Numbered from the stretch's first letter, positions 36,905 through 50,867 are shown. The stretch: 64,000 nucleotides of DNA from Octopus sinensis (GCF_006345805.1 NC_043019.1:1178001-1242000); one strand, 5' to 3'. Notes: generated by a model from the letters alone, not told the origin. Numbers and translations are program-made.

Positions 36905-37222
36905 CATACATTTTGTTGTCTGTTCCTTCTCGCGCCATGCCTGACTCATAAGGGCTGGTTTCCTTAATTCATTGGCGTATAGGTTCCATACCTGGACGGG
37001 ACACCAGTCAGTCGCAGGTAGGCTGCTAGCTGCAGGAGGAAAGTGTGAGAAAAAAGTTGTGGAAAAGGAGTCTGCAGACGTTCGCCTTTACCTTCTGTCG
37101 GAGCCGCGACGATCTTAGGTGTGTTTCGTTCGTAACCATACGCATCACCCGGTCTGAGATTCGAACCTACGATCACTCGACTGCGATACCTCTGCTGTAG
37201 CCACTAGGCCATACGCCTCCAC
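36905..37222 (-). mobile_element. SINE type C variant
   Basis: Homolog of 43365-43668. Confidence 0.88.
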
Positions 37223-37233
37223 ACATACATAAA

Positions 37234-37265
<32 letters not shown>

Positions 37266-37269
37266 GTGT

Positions 37270-37314
<45 letters not shown>

Positions 37315-37713
37315 AATACAACTTATAAACAAGGACCAAAGAAAACAATTCTAGAGTCAAATATGCCGAAAATAGACACATTGTCCATAACCATATAATT
37401 TATCACAATAAGGACGTTACTCGAAGAAAGTCGACAGAATTTTCTAAAAAATTCCGTTATTACCATATCGGACCCGATTTCAGAGTTAGTTCATAAGAAC
37501 CTTCCCTTCATCAGTGATAAATGCGGCAAAGAAATAAATGAAAATACTTACTTATACCCATGGAAGAAGCAAACACTAAGTCATGAGCACAACTAAGTAC
37601 CCCAAATATATCCAAAATAGACATTCTCCAACCCATTCGAAAACTCTCACAGAGTGAGAGATTCCGGAAGTAGATTTTATATGTCAATTTTATATGTAAA
37701 TTTTACATGTAAA

Positions 37714-37753
<40 letters not shown>

Positions 37754-38406
37754 TAATTGCTTGTACAGGTGTCATATCATACTTTTGTAATTGATAATGA
37801 GATATTGCAGATTTTTTTCCATTTTGGGTCGAATTACAAGCAATTAATTTTGGTATCATATCGCAACCTCTTGCATTTTACAATTCACTCCTACTTAACC
37901 AATATTGAAGTTTGGAATTTCAGAAACAATTCCTGATATTATCGTATACAGATGCGTTGTTTTTTCTAGATTCTCCAGATTTGAAACAACAATCTCGACT
38001 AAAACCGAACTATTTGAGAAATATAATCCTAAATCCATTTTAACTTCGAGTTTGTTTTAACTTCTATTCAATTTTGTTTCTATTTGGATGCTTTTCAATT
38101 ACTCCTTTTCCAATTTCAATTAGTATTTAGAAGGCTTTTAGAAATATATAATAAATATGTCGATTCTCTTGTGAATTTGTTTATTTATTTCCTATACTCC
38201 TACTCATAACGTATAACGCCAAATTCTCATTGTCTGCTTTGTAAAGACATCTTTACATTTAGATTTCAACTTATTTAACGTGTGTTAATGAATTAACAAA
38301 GCTATCGTAGCACAGGAGTGTCTTAGTAGTATGAAAACTGCTTCCCAATCAAATGGTTCTGCGTTCATTCCACTGGTGTGTCACCTTAGATAAATATTTT
38401 CCCACA

Positions 38407-38481
38407 GGCATATGGCGTAGTGGTTAAGAGCGTGGGCTACCAACCCCAAGATTCCGAGGCAGTGACCTGAATAATAATAAT
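38407..38481 (+). mobile_element. Short tRNA-derived SINE with AAT tail
   Basis: ggcatatggcgtagtggttaagagc (A-box)...ggcagtgacctgaataataataat. B-box deleted. Confidence 0.6.
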
Positions 38482-38662
38482 GGACTTACAAGCACATATA
38501 ACATACAGAAAATCGCACTACTGTGCACTGGCCACATCCTACGCAGAACACTTTCAATGTAGTAACCATCAGAGCATCACAACAAATCACAGCACATACC
38601 CAAGGCTCACAGAGCTGCGCTCGGTAGTGAAGTGAAAGTACGCTATAAAAATAAAACTACTG
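38482..38662 (+). mobile_element. R4/Dong-like (RLE) non-LTR retrotransposon 3' end
   Basis: GLTSTYNIQKIALLCTGHILRRTLSM* resembles the QKxALLGTAHILR RLE terminus. Short 3' UTR, with AAT repeats on both sides. Confidence 0.75.
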
Positions 38663-38681
38663 AATAATAATAATAATAATA

Positions 38682-38746
<65 letters not shown>
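38663..38746. repeat. (AAT)n microsatellite
   Basis: Directly visible. Confidence 0.98.
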
Positions 38747-38953
38747 TTAACTGGAACGGCTCATGTATTGAGAAGAACATTATCACTGTGAAAACAACAT
38801 CCATTCATGAATTTATTTATTTATTTTTTAAATACATATTTTACTTGTGAAATTCCGTGTGTAATCTGGGAATGCATGCAATGAGTTTCTCTGCCCTAGG
38901 TGTACGGAAAGCACTCGGCGAGAAACAGAAGAAAATATGAAAAGAAAGAAGGA

Positions 38954-38954
<1 letters not shown>

Positions 38955-38991
<37 letters not shown>

Positions 38992-39011
38992 TAATAATAA
39001 TGATAATAATG

Positions 39012-39072
<61 letters not shown>
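38955..39072. repeat. (AAT)n microsatellite
   Basis: Directly visible. Confidence 0.98.
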
Positions 39073-39074
<2 letters not shown>

Positions 39075-39084
39075 TCGAAAAATA

Positions 39085-39220
39085 CCTTATGAATGAGAAC
39101 CCAGGTTCCAAATTTTCCCCAAGACACCCGATGAAGGCTGGAGGGTATATCAGCCGAAACGTTGCGTTAACAACAAACAAAATGAAGACAAATATCCGTG
39201 AAATGTAAATAATGTAAATA
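39085..39220 (+). mobile_element. H4-family element with HHR variant at 39123-39168
   Basis: GACAC CCGAUGA A GGCUG GAGGGUAUAU CAGCC GAAA CGUU GCGUU. Confidence 0.8.
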
Positions 39221-39651
39221 TTTTCCCCTTTAAACTCGAGCTAACCAGAACTATGAGTGCTTTTGGTATGTGGAAACTGAAATGAAACCTGTCATACATG
39301 TATGCCGAAGCGTTTGTCTATGTGTGCAAATGAGTTGGTTTCCCCTTATCGCTAGCTGACCGCCGTTAGCTAATTTTCGTTCTCGTTACAGCTGAGGCTC
39401 ACTAAAAAGGCACGGACCGACACATTGAGTACCAGGCTATAAAGTAATAATTACTGGAGTCGATTTGCTCGAGGAATCCTTTTAAAACGCTGCGTCAGCA
39501 TCTTCACGGTCCATTGATTGTAACAAAGGAAAGAAAAATAACAAATTATGTACGTAAGCGTGAAATTCCATAAAGACAGTTTCAAAGAACGTGTCTTAAT
39601 TTTTAATATTCTCTGGAGATATATTCCTTTATTAAAACTGTAAATAATGGA

Positions 39652-40035
39652 ATGGAAGCACTCCGTCAGTTACGACGACGAGGGTTCCTGTTGATCCGAT
39701 CAACGGAACAGCCTGCTCGTGAAATTAAAGTGTAAGTGGCTGAGCACTCCACAGACACGTGTACCCTTAATGTAGTTCCCGGGGATATTCAGCGTGACAC
39801 AGAGAGTGACAAGGCCGGCCCTTTGAAATACAGGTACAACAGAAACAGGAAGTAAGAGTGAGAGAAAGTTGTGGTGAAAGAGTACAGCAGGGATCACCAC
39901 CATCCCTGCCGGAGCCTCGTGGAGCTTTTAGGTGTTTTCGCTCAATAAACACTCACAACGCCCGATCTGGGAATCGAAACCGCGATCCTACGACCGCGAG
40001 TCCGCTGCTCTAACCACTAGGCCATTGCGCCTCCT
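39652..40035 (-). mobile_element. SINE type C, full length
   Basis: Near-identical to 22934-23318 on the opposite strand. Confidence 0.93.
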
Positions 40036-40273
40036 GTATGAACAACATATACGTGTTGTGTGTACATATATATATTTGAAACTAACGATTATAGGTGACA
40101 TACTTGAACTTTGATGGTGGACATTAATTATGGTGTCGTATCCACTGCCCTAACCACTGGGCCATTGCGCCTCCACTGAACTGTAAATAAATCTGTGAGG
40201 GAAAGATCTAGTTCTCAGAAGCATAGCAGCAGGTCCGATGCTAAATAAATCCTTCTGCATAATATTCTTTCAG

Positions 40274-40344
40274 TTGTATCTCTCTCATTCTACTCAGTGG
40301 TTTTTTGGTATCTTTGATCTTGACGATCGGGACAGGCCTGTTTT
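40274..40344 (+). CDS. Weak candidate exon encoding a hydrophobic helix
   Basis: Acceptor attctttcag and donor gtaagt. Phase-2 frame reads CISLILLSGFLVSLILTIGTGLF. No linked exons found. Confidence 0.22.
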
Positions 40345-40844
40345 GTAAGTATGTGTGTGTATGTGTGCAGGCATGCTTGAATGCAGATTTCGCATCACTT
40401 TCAGTATCTGTATTGATTTTAGTATCACGTCAATGTCAGTCTTGACGATAAAACCTAAATGCGACATGGCAGTTCACGATCTCAGTTAGGACAGAATAAT
40501 TGAAAAGGAAAAATGTTCAAAAGCATATATCAAAAGATACTCTAAGCCAGCTCATCTGTTGTTGACGATATAAATAATGCATACTTACATATACAGACAC
40601 ACATGGGTAGAGAGAAATAAAGAGTGAGATTGATAGAGGGAGACACGCAGAGAGAAACAGAAGGAAAAGAACAGAAGAGAGATAGATACGGAACCTGATA
40701 GATTGATTGATACCTAGATAGACAAGCGGCAAAGTATTTCGATACATGGACAAACGACAAGATAGGTGGTATTTAGACAAGCAGACGTACAGAAAAACGG
40801 CTATATATATATATATACATATATACATATAAATATATAGAGAG

Positions 40845-41385
<541 letters not shown>

Positions 41386-42277
41386 CGGAAAAGTAGAGGG
41401 AAGAGTAAGTGGTATGTATCATGGCAGTTAATTAAAAAAACTCGGATACTTAAAAGACATACTTACCCCGACGCATATTAAAGTGGGTCTTTTCTAGAGA
41501 AAGAGGATCAGCAGGGATGTAAAAAGTAAAAAGCGACATAATTTATTCTCAACTACGTTAGTTCAACGTTTTTCCGAAACCAGTTGGTTGTCTAATGGGA
41601 TTTTCGATATAATTAAAAAAATAATCTGGTTCGCATAAGCGTAATTCTAAAAACAATAATGGAAGTAAACCACAAGAGATTATTTTTTTTTGTTTTTTTT
41701 TATACATAAGACCCGTGTTTACAATGTAATTAGGCGAAATTTTGGCATAGTGGTATATCCTGCTAGAAATAAGAGCAACATATTAATTCATTTTAATAAA
41801 AGCAGAAAGGATACACTGAATATTGTCACACAATTTGCTCGTGAAAGTAACGTGCAAGTAGCTAATTAGTCCGTTGACACGCTTATCATTAACATGCTTG
41901 TCAGGGATAGTCAATCAAACAGAATTTGACAAGGTTGGCCCTTTAAAATACAGGTAATACTCATTACGTTACTGTGTATTGTACTCCGAGTTAAACTTTG
42001 TCTGTTTATACAGGATACTCAAGGCTGGAGTTTTGGTGACCATAGTTTCGTTCAATCAACACTAATTTAAGCCATGAGTAAATAAAGAAGTTCTACAAAT
42101 AAGCTAGGATCGGTGCAGTAGTTTTCGAACGTATACGTAACACACGAACACACATAAACACAAGTTGTACTTATGTTATAACTATAAATTGGATCGAAAC
42201 ATTTTCTGTCGTAGATGGAGATACAGAGCTTTAGAATACGTAAGGTACATAACATTATCGTTAATTTACTTACATTA

Positions 42278-42509
42278 GGCGGCGAGCTGGTAGAAACGTT
42301 AGCACGCCGGGCGAAATGTTTAGCGATATTTCGTCTGCCGTTACGTTCTGAGTTCAAATTCCGCCGAGGTCGACTTTGCCTTTCATCCTTTCGGGGTCGA
42401 TAAATTAAGAACCAGTTACGCACTGGGGTCGATACAATCGACTTAATCCGTTTGTCTGTCCTTGTTTGTCCCCTCTGTGTTTAGCCCCTTGTGGGTAATA
42501 AAAAAAGTA
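42278..42509 (+). mobile_element. SINE type A with 18-bp TSD
   Basis: TSD gttaatttacttacatta at 42260-42277 and 42510-42527. Confidence 0.96.
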
Positions 42510-43364
42510 GTTAATTTACTTACATTATATTTAATCATTATTTAACTCTTACGTCGAATACTCTACCACTAAAATATAGAAAAATAAATCGTTGAATGTT
42601 AACTCTATTCAGTCTTATACTCAATATCTCTCTACTTTTGGAGTACAAGTTGGATCTTGGTTTCTAATATTTATAGAATGACTGTATATCTCAGATTTTT
42701 ATTGTAATAGGCGAACAGAATGTGCCCTCAGCCTTGAGCAAAAATTTGGAGTTTTTTTAACCTTAACTCAATCGAATTCCCCTTTTCTTTAAGCGTTTGC
42801 GTAGAATCACAAATGAAACATCGACGACCTCAGGCAATTATTTAAATATTTTCCCGTCAGCTTTCAGTGACAAAGATCGTAAATAACTCCGTAATTCATC
42901 GATTTTATGATACTTTGCATCACAATAATCCATACCTGAAGCTACATGTTTAGAAACAGAAATTCGTTCAAGATATTTTGTGAACTCATGTATTGTGGCA
43001 GTATTTTGATAATGGGGAATCTGGTAGTGAAGTTATTTTCCAACTTCACCTGTCGAACTAAAAATGATACAAAGAAAACAGTCCTTTTTCCCAAATATAA
43101 ACCTGGGAAATTAAGCTTTTATTTTGATTAATGTTGAACGCTGTATTAGAAAGTTTTGGCATCATGTTTTTAAACAAAATAAACCGCTTTCAAAAACCTT
43201 TTACATTTCGTCGAATCTGAATTATTACCTTAATTACTTACCAAGTTACAGATCAATTGAAGACTTCTATACACCTGTGATATTTTCGACATCTTTTAGA
43301 AGAAGAACATGTTTAAAATGATCTATAATTCACAGAGTAGTAGGTAAGTCAACGTACTTTTGTG

Positions 43365-43668
43365 GAGTCACATGGCGTAGTGGTTAGAGCAACGGACTCG
43401 CAGTCGAGGGATCGCGGGTTCGAATCTCAGACCGGGCAATGTGTGTGTTTATGAGCGAGACACCGAAGCTGCACGCGGCTACGGCAGAAGGTAATGGCGA
43501 AACTTCTGCTGACTCTTTCGCCACAACTTTCTCTCACTTTTTCCTCCTGCATCTTGCAGCTCACCTGCGATGGACCGGCGTTCCGTCCAGGTGGGTAACC
43601 TATACGCCAAAGAAACCGGGAAATCGGCCCTTATGAGCCAGGCGTGGCTCAAGAAGGAACAAACAGCA
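43365..43668 (+). mobile_element. SINE type C variant
   Basis: A-box tggcgtagtgg, B-box gggttcgaatct, tail gaaaccgggaaatcggccc. Confidence 0.9.
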
Positions 43669-43959
43669 AAGTCCTTTAACAATCTATAAAAGTATCGTAA
43701 AACAAACGTTTACAAGAGCAAATATTACTTTAAGAAAACTGTTCATAGTTATTATTACGGTGTTTGATAACGACTGAGCTTTATCACAAAGAAGAAGCTT
43801 ATGCATTGCCATTTCAATGATTGACTATTTTATTGAGGAATTTCTGATACCATTCATGTAATCAGGAAACGAAATTCTTCTAACTGCTCTCTCCATCTTA
43901 GACACTCATCAAAAAATTAAAAGGAAAGTGTTTCGGGTCGAAACCATACAGACATGCAT

Positions 43960-43974
43960 TTATCTTTATATCTG

Positions 43975-44063
<89 letters not shown>

Positions 44064-44090
44064 CTATCTACGTATCTATCTGTCTATCTT
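43960..44090. repeat. (TATC)n microsatellite
   Basis: Directly visible. Confidence 0.98.
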
Positions 44091-44111
44091 TCTTTTTTTA
44101 TTTTATCCCCC

Positions 44112-44259
44112 CTTTTTTGTCCTTTCTCTTTCCATTTACGATCCCTTTTGATCGAAAACCAAACCCCCTTCTTTTACCCCCAAAAGAAAAGCTCTACCTT
44201 GTAATTTTGTCCTGTCTGTGTGCAGCCCTGTGTGGCTAATAAAGAAACATATCTATCTT

Positions 44260-44300
<41 letters not shown>

Positions 44301-44688
44301 ATATATATATATATATATATATATCCATTTATCTATCTCAGGATGGCACGTATGAATGACGAAGTCAGCTTGTGCATAATCCTATGAATCCGAAAACAAA
44401 TATGATAACATGTAACATTATTGACCGAAGTTACCGTGGTTTTTCCGTAGGATCTTCTTTCCACGGATAAACCTTATCTGCTTTCCCCTTTACACGTTAC
44501 ATCATGACATTTCTGTGATACACAATCCATATTCATCTTTTTTCTTTCCTTTTTTTTCTTTTTTCTTTTCCTTTTACGATCCCTTTTGATCGAAAACCTA
44601 CCCCACTTATTTTTCTCCCCCAAAAGAAAAGTTCTACTTTGTAATCTATCCTGTCTGTTCGCAGCCCTGTGTGGCTAATAAAGAAGCA

Positions 44689-44690
<2 letters not shown>
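44112..44690 (+). mobile_element. Two copies of an approximately 140-bp retroelement 3' end (44112-44250 and 44550-44690)
   Basis: Both contain tttacgatcccttttgatcgaaaacc...gcagccctgtgtggctaataaagaa followed by a microsatellite. Confidence 0.75.
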
Positions 44691-44741
<51 letters not shown>

Positions 44742-45004
44742 ATGGCCGGCAACACGTGACCGAGAAGATCATTGCTGACCTTGAGGAACATTGTGGGCTC
44801 TATGACTAACATAGTGTGCATTTGCGGCTACGTTGGTGGTGTATTGAGCCCTACCCTTAACAAGCACACACGACTGGCCATTGATAAAATGTTTTTCGAA
44901 AAATGTTATCCTATATTAGATGTATATATATATATGTGTGTGTGTGTGTGTGCATGTGTGTGAGTGTGTGTTTGTGTATGTATGTATATGGAGATTTCAC
45001 AAAA

Positions 45005-45150
45005 AAAAAACAAAAGACGAAGACAGGTGGTGTAGACAATAATCAGATGTATTAGTTTAACGCTCGGGAAGTGAAGAAGTCTTTAACATTTCGAGCCTAC
45101 GCTCTTCCACAGAGAAGAACACTGAAAGAAACAGGGAGAGAAAATAACGT
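45005..45150 (-). mobile_element. H6-related element with HHR variant (CUGUGGA core) at 45080-45117
   Basis: Minus strand reads CUGUGGA A GAGC GUAG GCUC GAAA UGUU AAAGA. Homolog of 49200-49385. Confidence 0.65.
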
Positions 45151-45234
45151 GTGTGATATATATACATATACACGGATACATATACATGTACACCCATACA
45201 TATATTTATTTACACATATATGCATACAAATATG

Positions 45235-45291
<57 letters not shown>

Positions 45292-47246
45292 GCATATATG
45301 AGAGTGTGTTTGTTTGCATACATACATACACACACACACAGAAACACACAGAGATACCGACCTCAACATTAACTTTCACTCATTTCATATACGCAGAAAA
45401 CTCAATTTTCTGATAATTATCTTTCTGTCACCCCCCCCCCTATCACATACTTCATCATGCAAATGGGTCAATGTTTGCTCTCATAGCGAGATAATTTTAA
45501 AATCAAGATAATCAATGGAAACCGCGGCTGAGAAGGGGAGAGAGAGAGAGAGAGAGAGAAAAAAAGAGAGGGTGAGAGAGTTTGGGGCTGAGATAAAATA
45601 TTAAAACATATAAACTTTCATTGCAAATAAACCCAACTATTTTTTTTTTTAATATGAAATTATCACGAAATAAAAGACTAGGAGTTTCCGCAGGTATTAT
45701 GCAGCGTGTATGTGTGGGTGGGTGTTTCTGTGTGCGTGTATATGTGTGTGGGATGTATGGCAATATCCACACGCACATACACATATGTGTTATGTATATA
45801 TCTCTCACACATACTCTCTCCCTCTCTCTCTCTGTATATATGTTTGTGCGTGTGTGTGTTTAATACATATGCGCTTGTTTATATACATACATACATACAT
45901 ACATACACGCATGAATAGACAGACGGATAGATATATGCACTGTATTGATGCGTGCAGCACGGAATGAAATATATATGCATATATTTGAAAGTCATTAATT
46001 CTGAAAGAAAATTGCAGCTATCCGCATAACGAATCCTTTTCCTCCCAGTTTGTTGAACTGTCCAATCACGGGAGCAGATTGAACATTATTATTTATATAG
46101 ATTTACACCTTATGGGTAACAGAAAGAAATGACGCCACCACTTTGGCCCTAACCTCGTTAGATTTTCCCCTCGAATGCGTTTAGATTCGTAAAAAATATT
46201 TATACTTACAGAGACGAACATATATGCAAATATCTATTTATCACTCTGCGTACGCGAGAACTGGGTACATGCTTGAATATGTTCATACAATCATATATTA
46301 ATAATACATATGGAAGTGGAAGTCATAGTGAAAATATACAGTTAAATGTTTCTTCTCGGAGAGTGAGACCCAAGTTTCATGTCCGCATGCAATCATCAGC
46401 GAGCTGCAAATATTTATTGCTTTGTAATTCACACTAATTCTTTCGCACAAACTCCCTGCTGTCAGAGTGAAATTCACAGTTTAAAAGGATCAGGAATAGA
46501 AAAATAGAATTGCATTTACCTCTCTGTACATTAGAGAGCCTTACATGAATCCGAAGTGTGGTTTGTATTATAGTAGTGGTGCGACTACTTAATGCATATA
46601 TGTAGGCTTCGTTGAATGTATTACAGATATTCTAAAGGAGAATGAATTGAGTGAAATGGTAATGATTTCGTTGTTAAAACGCGGCTAGTACGATGAGAAT
46701 TTCAACATGTCATTTACGACAGTTGTAGATGTAAACCCTTCCAACTGAAATAAAATAAGATTTGCCAAAGCACAGCATACTGTAAACATTACAGATTAAT
46801 GCTAGCATGAAATCGGAGATCTCCTACGTTGGGAATAAATGTTTAGACTTTTATATGTTTATGCGGATGATAGCTTACGTATGCATAAATCCGTCACACA
46901 ATACGCATTATGAACTTTACTAAAGGAAATATTACGTTACCTACAACATTGCTACAAGATAGAATGAACTGAGAAATATTTCTAGATAATACACACATAA
47001 ATACACAGACACACGCAACACACATACATACGTGTGTATGTTCGTGGATATATATCTATATCTATCTATACGTTAACATACAATTATACATATAATATAT
47101 TCATTCATGCACACACACACGTACACACACACACATATATATGCATATATGCGTATACAAATATATGTATATGTATGTATGTGTATATATATGTATATAT
47201 ATATATGCATACATATATATATATTTATAAATATATGTATATATAT

Positions 47247-47286
<40 letters not shown>

Positions 47287-47422
47287 CATATATATATACA
47301 TCATATATATATACATACATACATATATTTGTAATAAATCGTGCATATTATATATCCTTAGAATTCATAGTTTTCTTCTCCCAAAACATTCTCAGTATAT
47401 GTATGCCTGTATATATGTATAT

Positions 47423-47468
<46 letters not shown>

Positions 47469-48297
47469 GAAATATATATATACACATACATATATACATG
47501 CATATATATACTGAGAGTTCGACATGGTGAGAGTGTTTTGGGAGGGAAAATCTATGAATTCTAGGGATATATAATATGGACGATTCAATTGCTCTTATCT
47601 TTAAACGTTTGCTATATACACATAAGATAGATTCCTTAGAAAGTAAACAGCCTCACATGTTCTAAATCGTAAACAACCATTAATCGGATGCACTACGCAA
47701 GCTTGCATGACAGATACTGTAAATATCTGGAAATATACCACAGAAAGTATAACAATACTCCTATATAAATATGATATGATATCATAAGGATCCCTTCCGT
47801 AACAGTTACTGAAGCATCCATAATGAGAAATTTAAGATTATGATATTTAAAACGGTTATTCCCTCCACGACAATCTTTCTAGATGTCTCTGCTTGCTACA
47901 GGAAAAATGCTGATTTTCCTACCAAAGTCCTCACACACATCTTCCTCTCGATCAGCGAAGAATTATATTTATCGTGTCCGAGTGAGTAGAGATCCTGAGG
48001 TGAATTATTACAATTGTTAGTTATATATCGTTTTATTGCGATCTTAAAAAGACAAATAAAAACGTATCGAAATAAAAAAAAATTCGATAAACGATTCATA
48101 TATTATTGCTTCTCGTAAAGGCATTATGTTATATATTGTATTCTCTCTCTCTCTCTCCCTTTCTCACTCACACTCTCTGTCTGTCTCTCTCTGTCACACT
48201 ATCTCCCATTCTTTCACTCATTCCACACAAATTCCCTCAAGCACATACGTGTATCTATGTAGATGTAAAGGCAAATAAAAACAAACACACACACACA

Positions 48298-48346
<49 letters not shown>

Positions 48347-48376
48347 CACACATATACATAATATATATATACAGAA

Positions 48377-48426
<50 letters not shown>

Positions 48427-49199
48427 TATATATATGTATACATAAATATATGTATATGTATACATAAATGTATATATTTATATATAAATAATATGGGAAA
48501 ACAAATTTCCAAATCAACCAGGTGCAATCCTTGTGAGTTATAGGCATCTACATATCGTACTTGGGGATATTATTCATCGTATATTTATATATTTTTAAAT
48601 ATACAAAGTATCTGATAAAAGTCTATAATTTTTCAATTTTGCGCGATTAATACCAATAATACAAAAAATAACCCATTGTGTATTTCCGAGAGTAAACTCA
48701 TGGTATCAATTTGCACATCACGATGTAATACTTAAAGGACATGTCCAAAATTTCCAGCAGGGTATAGAATATACTTCGTTAGTTATATCCTACTTTAGTT
48801 AATAATTATGTTTATTAAATATGAAGGAACTACACGTGTTTCAGTATTGGAAGATTACAATATATATACATATATACAATTATATACCTATATATATATA
48901 TAAGCAATCATCAGATTTAAAATTATTCCAACATCTCTTATAGTTCTATTTCAAAATATAATCTATCTAATTTTACATCCCTTTAAAAATGCGAAATGCA
49001 ATTAAGCTTTAAAAATTAAAAATTGCGAATCAAAAATTAAGAATAGAAATTATACTTTGTAATCCTAAGAATTAAAATTTATTAATTATACATTATATAT
49101 ATGAATTAGTATATATATATCAATCATGTAAAATCAAGTATATGTCAAATACAGAATGTGAGCTATACGATTAAACAACAGAATAAAATTGTATGTTTA

Positions 49200-49385
49200 A
49201 ATGTGATACATAACAAGAATAAAAGTCGAAGACAGGTGGTGTACAAAACAAACAGATGTATTAGTATAACGGTCAGGAGCAGAAAAAAGTCTTTTACGTT
49301 TCGAGCCTACGCTCTTCTACAGAAAGGGACACAAAATAAACAAGGAGAGAAACGAGGAGAGAAAAAATGTGAGTAGTGGCTTACA
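49200..49385 (-). mobile_element. H6-related element with HHR variant (CUGUAGA core) at 49290-49326
   Basis: CUUU CUGUAGA A GAGC GUAG GCUC GAAA CGUA AAAG. Confidence 0.7.
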
Positions 49386-49433
49386 CACACATACATACAT
49401 ATATACAATTATATATAGACACACACCACACAC

Positions 49434-49511
<78 letters not shown>

Positions 49512-49807
49512 TATATATATGGTATATAGCAGCATAGTACACTTTTGCCTCTAATAAGCAAGTATATATATATATATATATAAATTTTGTACGACTCTTT
49601 TATTATTCTTTCTATTCTCCCATTCTTTCCTTCTTTCTATCAGCCCTTTCACAATTACTTCGTTCATTCCACTCTTCGTTCTATCGCTCCCCCTCTCACA
49701 CATTCCCTGGCCATCTCTTCATGCTCACTTTCTCCCCTCTTTCAATTCAGTGTGTCCCTTTCATTTTTTCTTGGCCCGGCATCATTTTTCTATCCCTCTG
49801 CCTCTAC

Positions 49808-49847
<40 letters not shown>

Positions 49848-50452
49848 CCCACGTGACCGGTGTTCGTCCACGCCTGAACTTTCTTTCATAGTTCGACTAC
49901 CATCCGTGCAACATCTATATTTCTCCCTATGGCTGTCAAATCTAATGTCTCTGCAAGAGCAAGTCTGATATCAAGGGATTTAAATGCAGATCAACAGATT
50001 TCTTCACAGATATTAAAAGAAAAAATATAACCCAAGTCCTCCCGTTTCCCGAATTAGTGATCCTGCGAATTAGGATATATGTGTGTAAGATTGCGCGTGC
50101 ACATGTATTTGAATGTGTCTGTGTATATGACTTTATAGGTTTACTCATAGGGTCCCTGTCTGCTCTTAGTAGAGTTAATTCTATTGCGAAGAGGAAGTAG
50201 ACATGTAGATCGAGACGGCCTATAGACATTTTCACACAGTCTACAAAACCAGAACTCCCTGTATGTAGGTATATACCTATGAGCGCGCACGTATATGTAT
50301 GCTGATTTCTCCAGAAGACGAGACATGTTATCTAAAATGTATGTATATACTAACTCTAAAATTACGTTTGTATATAGATATGTGTGTACGTGTGGGTCTG
50401 TGTATGTATGTGTGTGTGCATGCGGGATGGTTGCAACACGATATCGAGCAAT

Positions 50453-50867
50453 GCCTATTACTTTACTACAAACAAGGGGCTAAACACAGAGAGGACAAAC
50501 AAGGAGAGACAAACGGATTAAGTCGATTGCATCGACCCCAGTGCGTTACTGGTACTTAATTTATCGACGCCGAATGTATGAAAGGCAAAGTCGACCTCGG
50601 CGGAATTTGAACTCAGAACGTAGCGGCAGACGAAATATGTCTTTACTACTCACAAGGGGCTAAACACAGAGGGGACAAACAAGGACAGACAAACGGATTA
50701 AGTGGATTGCATCGACCCCAGTGCGTTACTGGTACTTAATTTATCGACCCCGAAAGGATGAAAGGCAAAGTCGACCTCGGCGGAATTTGAACTCAGAACG
50801 TAGCGGCAGACGAAATACGGTTACGCATTTCGTCCGGCGTGCTAACTTTTCTGCCAGCTCGACGCTT
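50453..50867 (-). mobile_element. SINE type A partial dimer with 12-bp TSD
   Basis: TSD atatcgagcaat at 50441-50452 and 50868-50879. Confidence 0.93.

Noticed and set aside
37485-37520. Minus-strand CUGAUGA with a weak hairpin
   Set aside because: Followed by AUGAAC, not GAAA, and no stems I or III.
41459-41470. atacttacc as a U1 snRNA 5' end
   Set aside because: No further U1 similarity. It is the reverse complement of a splice donor.
42936-43057. 122-nt minus-strand segment with strong splice sites
   Set aside because: Stops in all three frames and no coherent chain with neighbouring candidates.
46360-46402. Minus-strand CUGAUGA...GAAAC..GUC
   Set aside because: Stem I does not pair and four extra bases precede stem II. 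Likely chance or heavily decayed.
47883-47981. 99-nt plus-strand segment with ag/gtgagt ends, open in two frames
   Set aside because: No recognisable peptide and no linked exons. Left unlisted pending RNA-seq.
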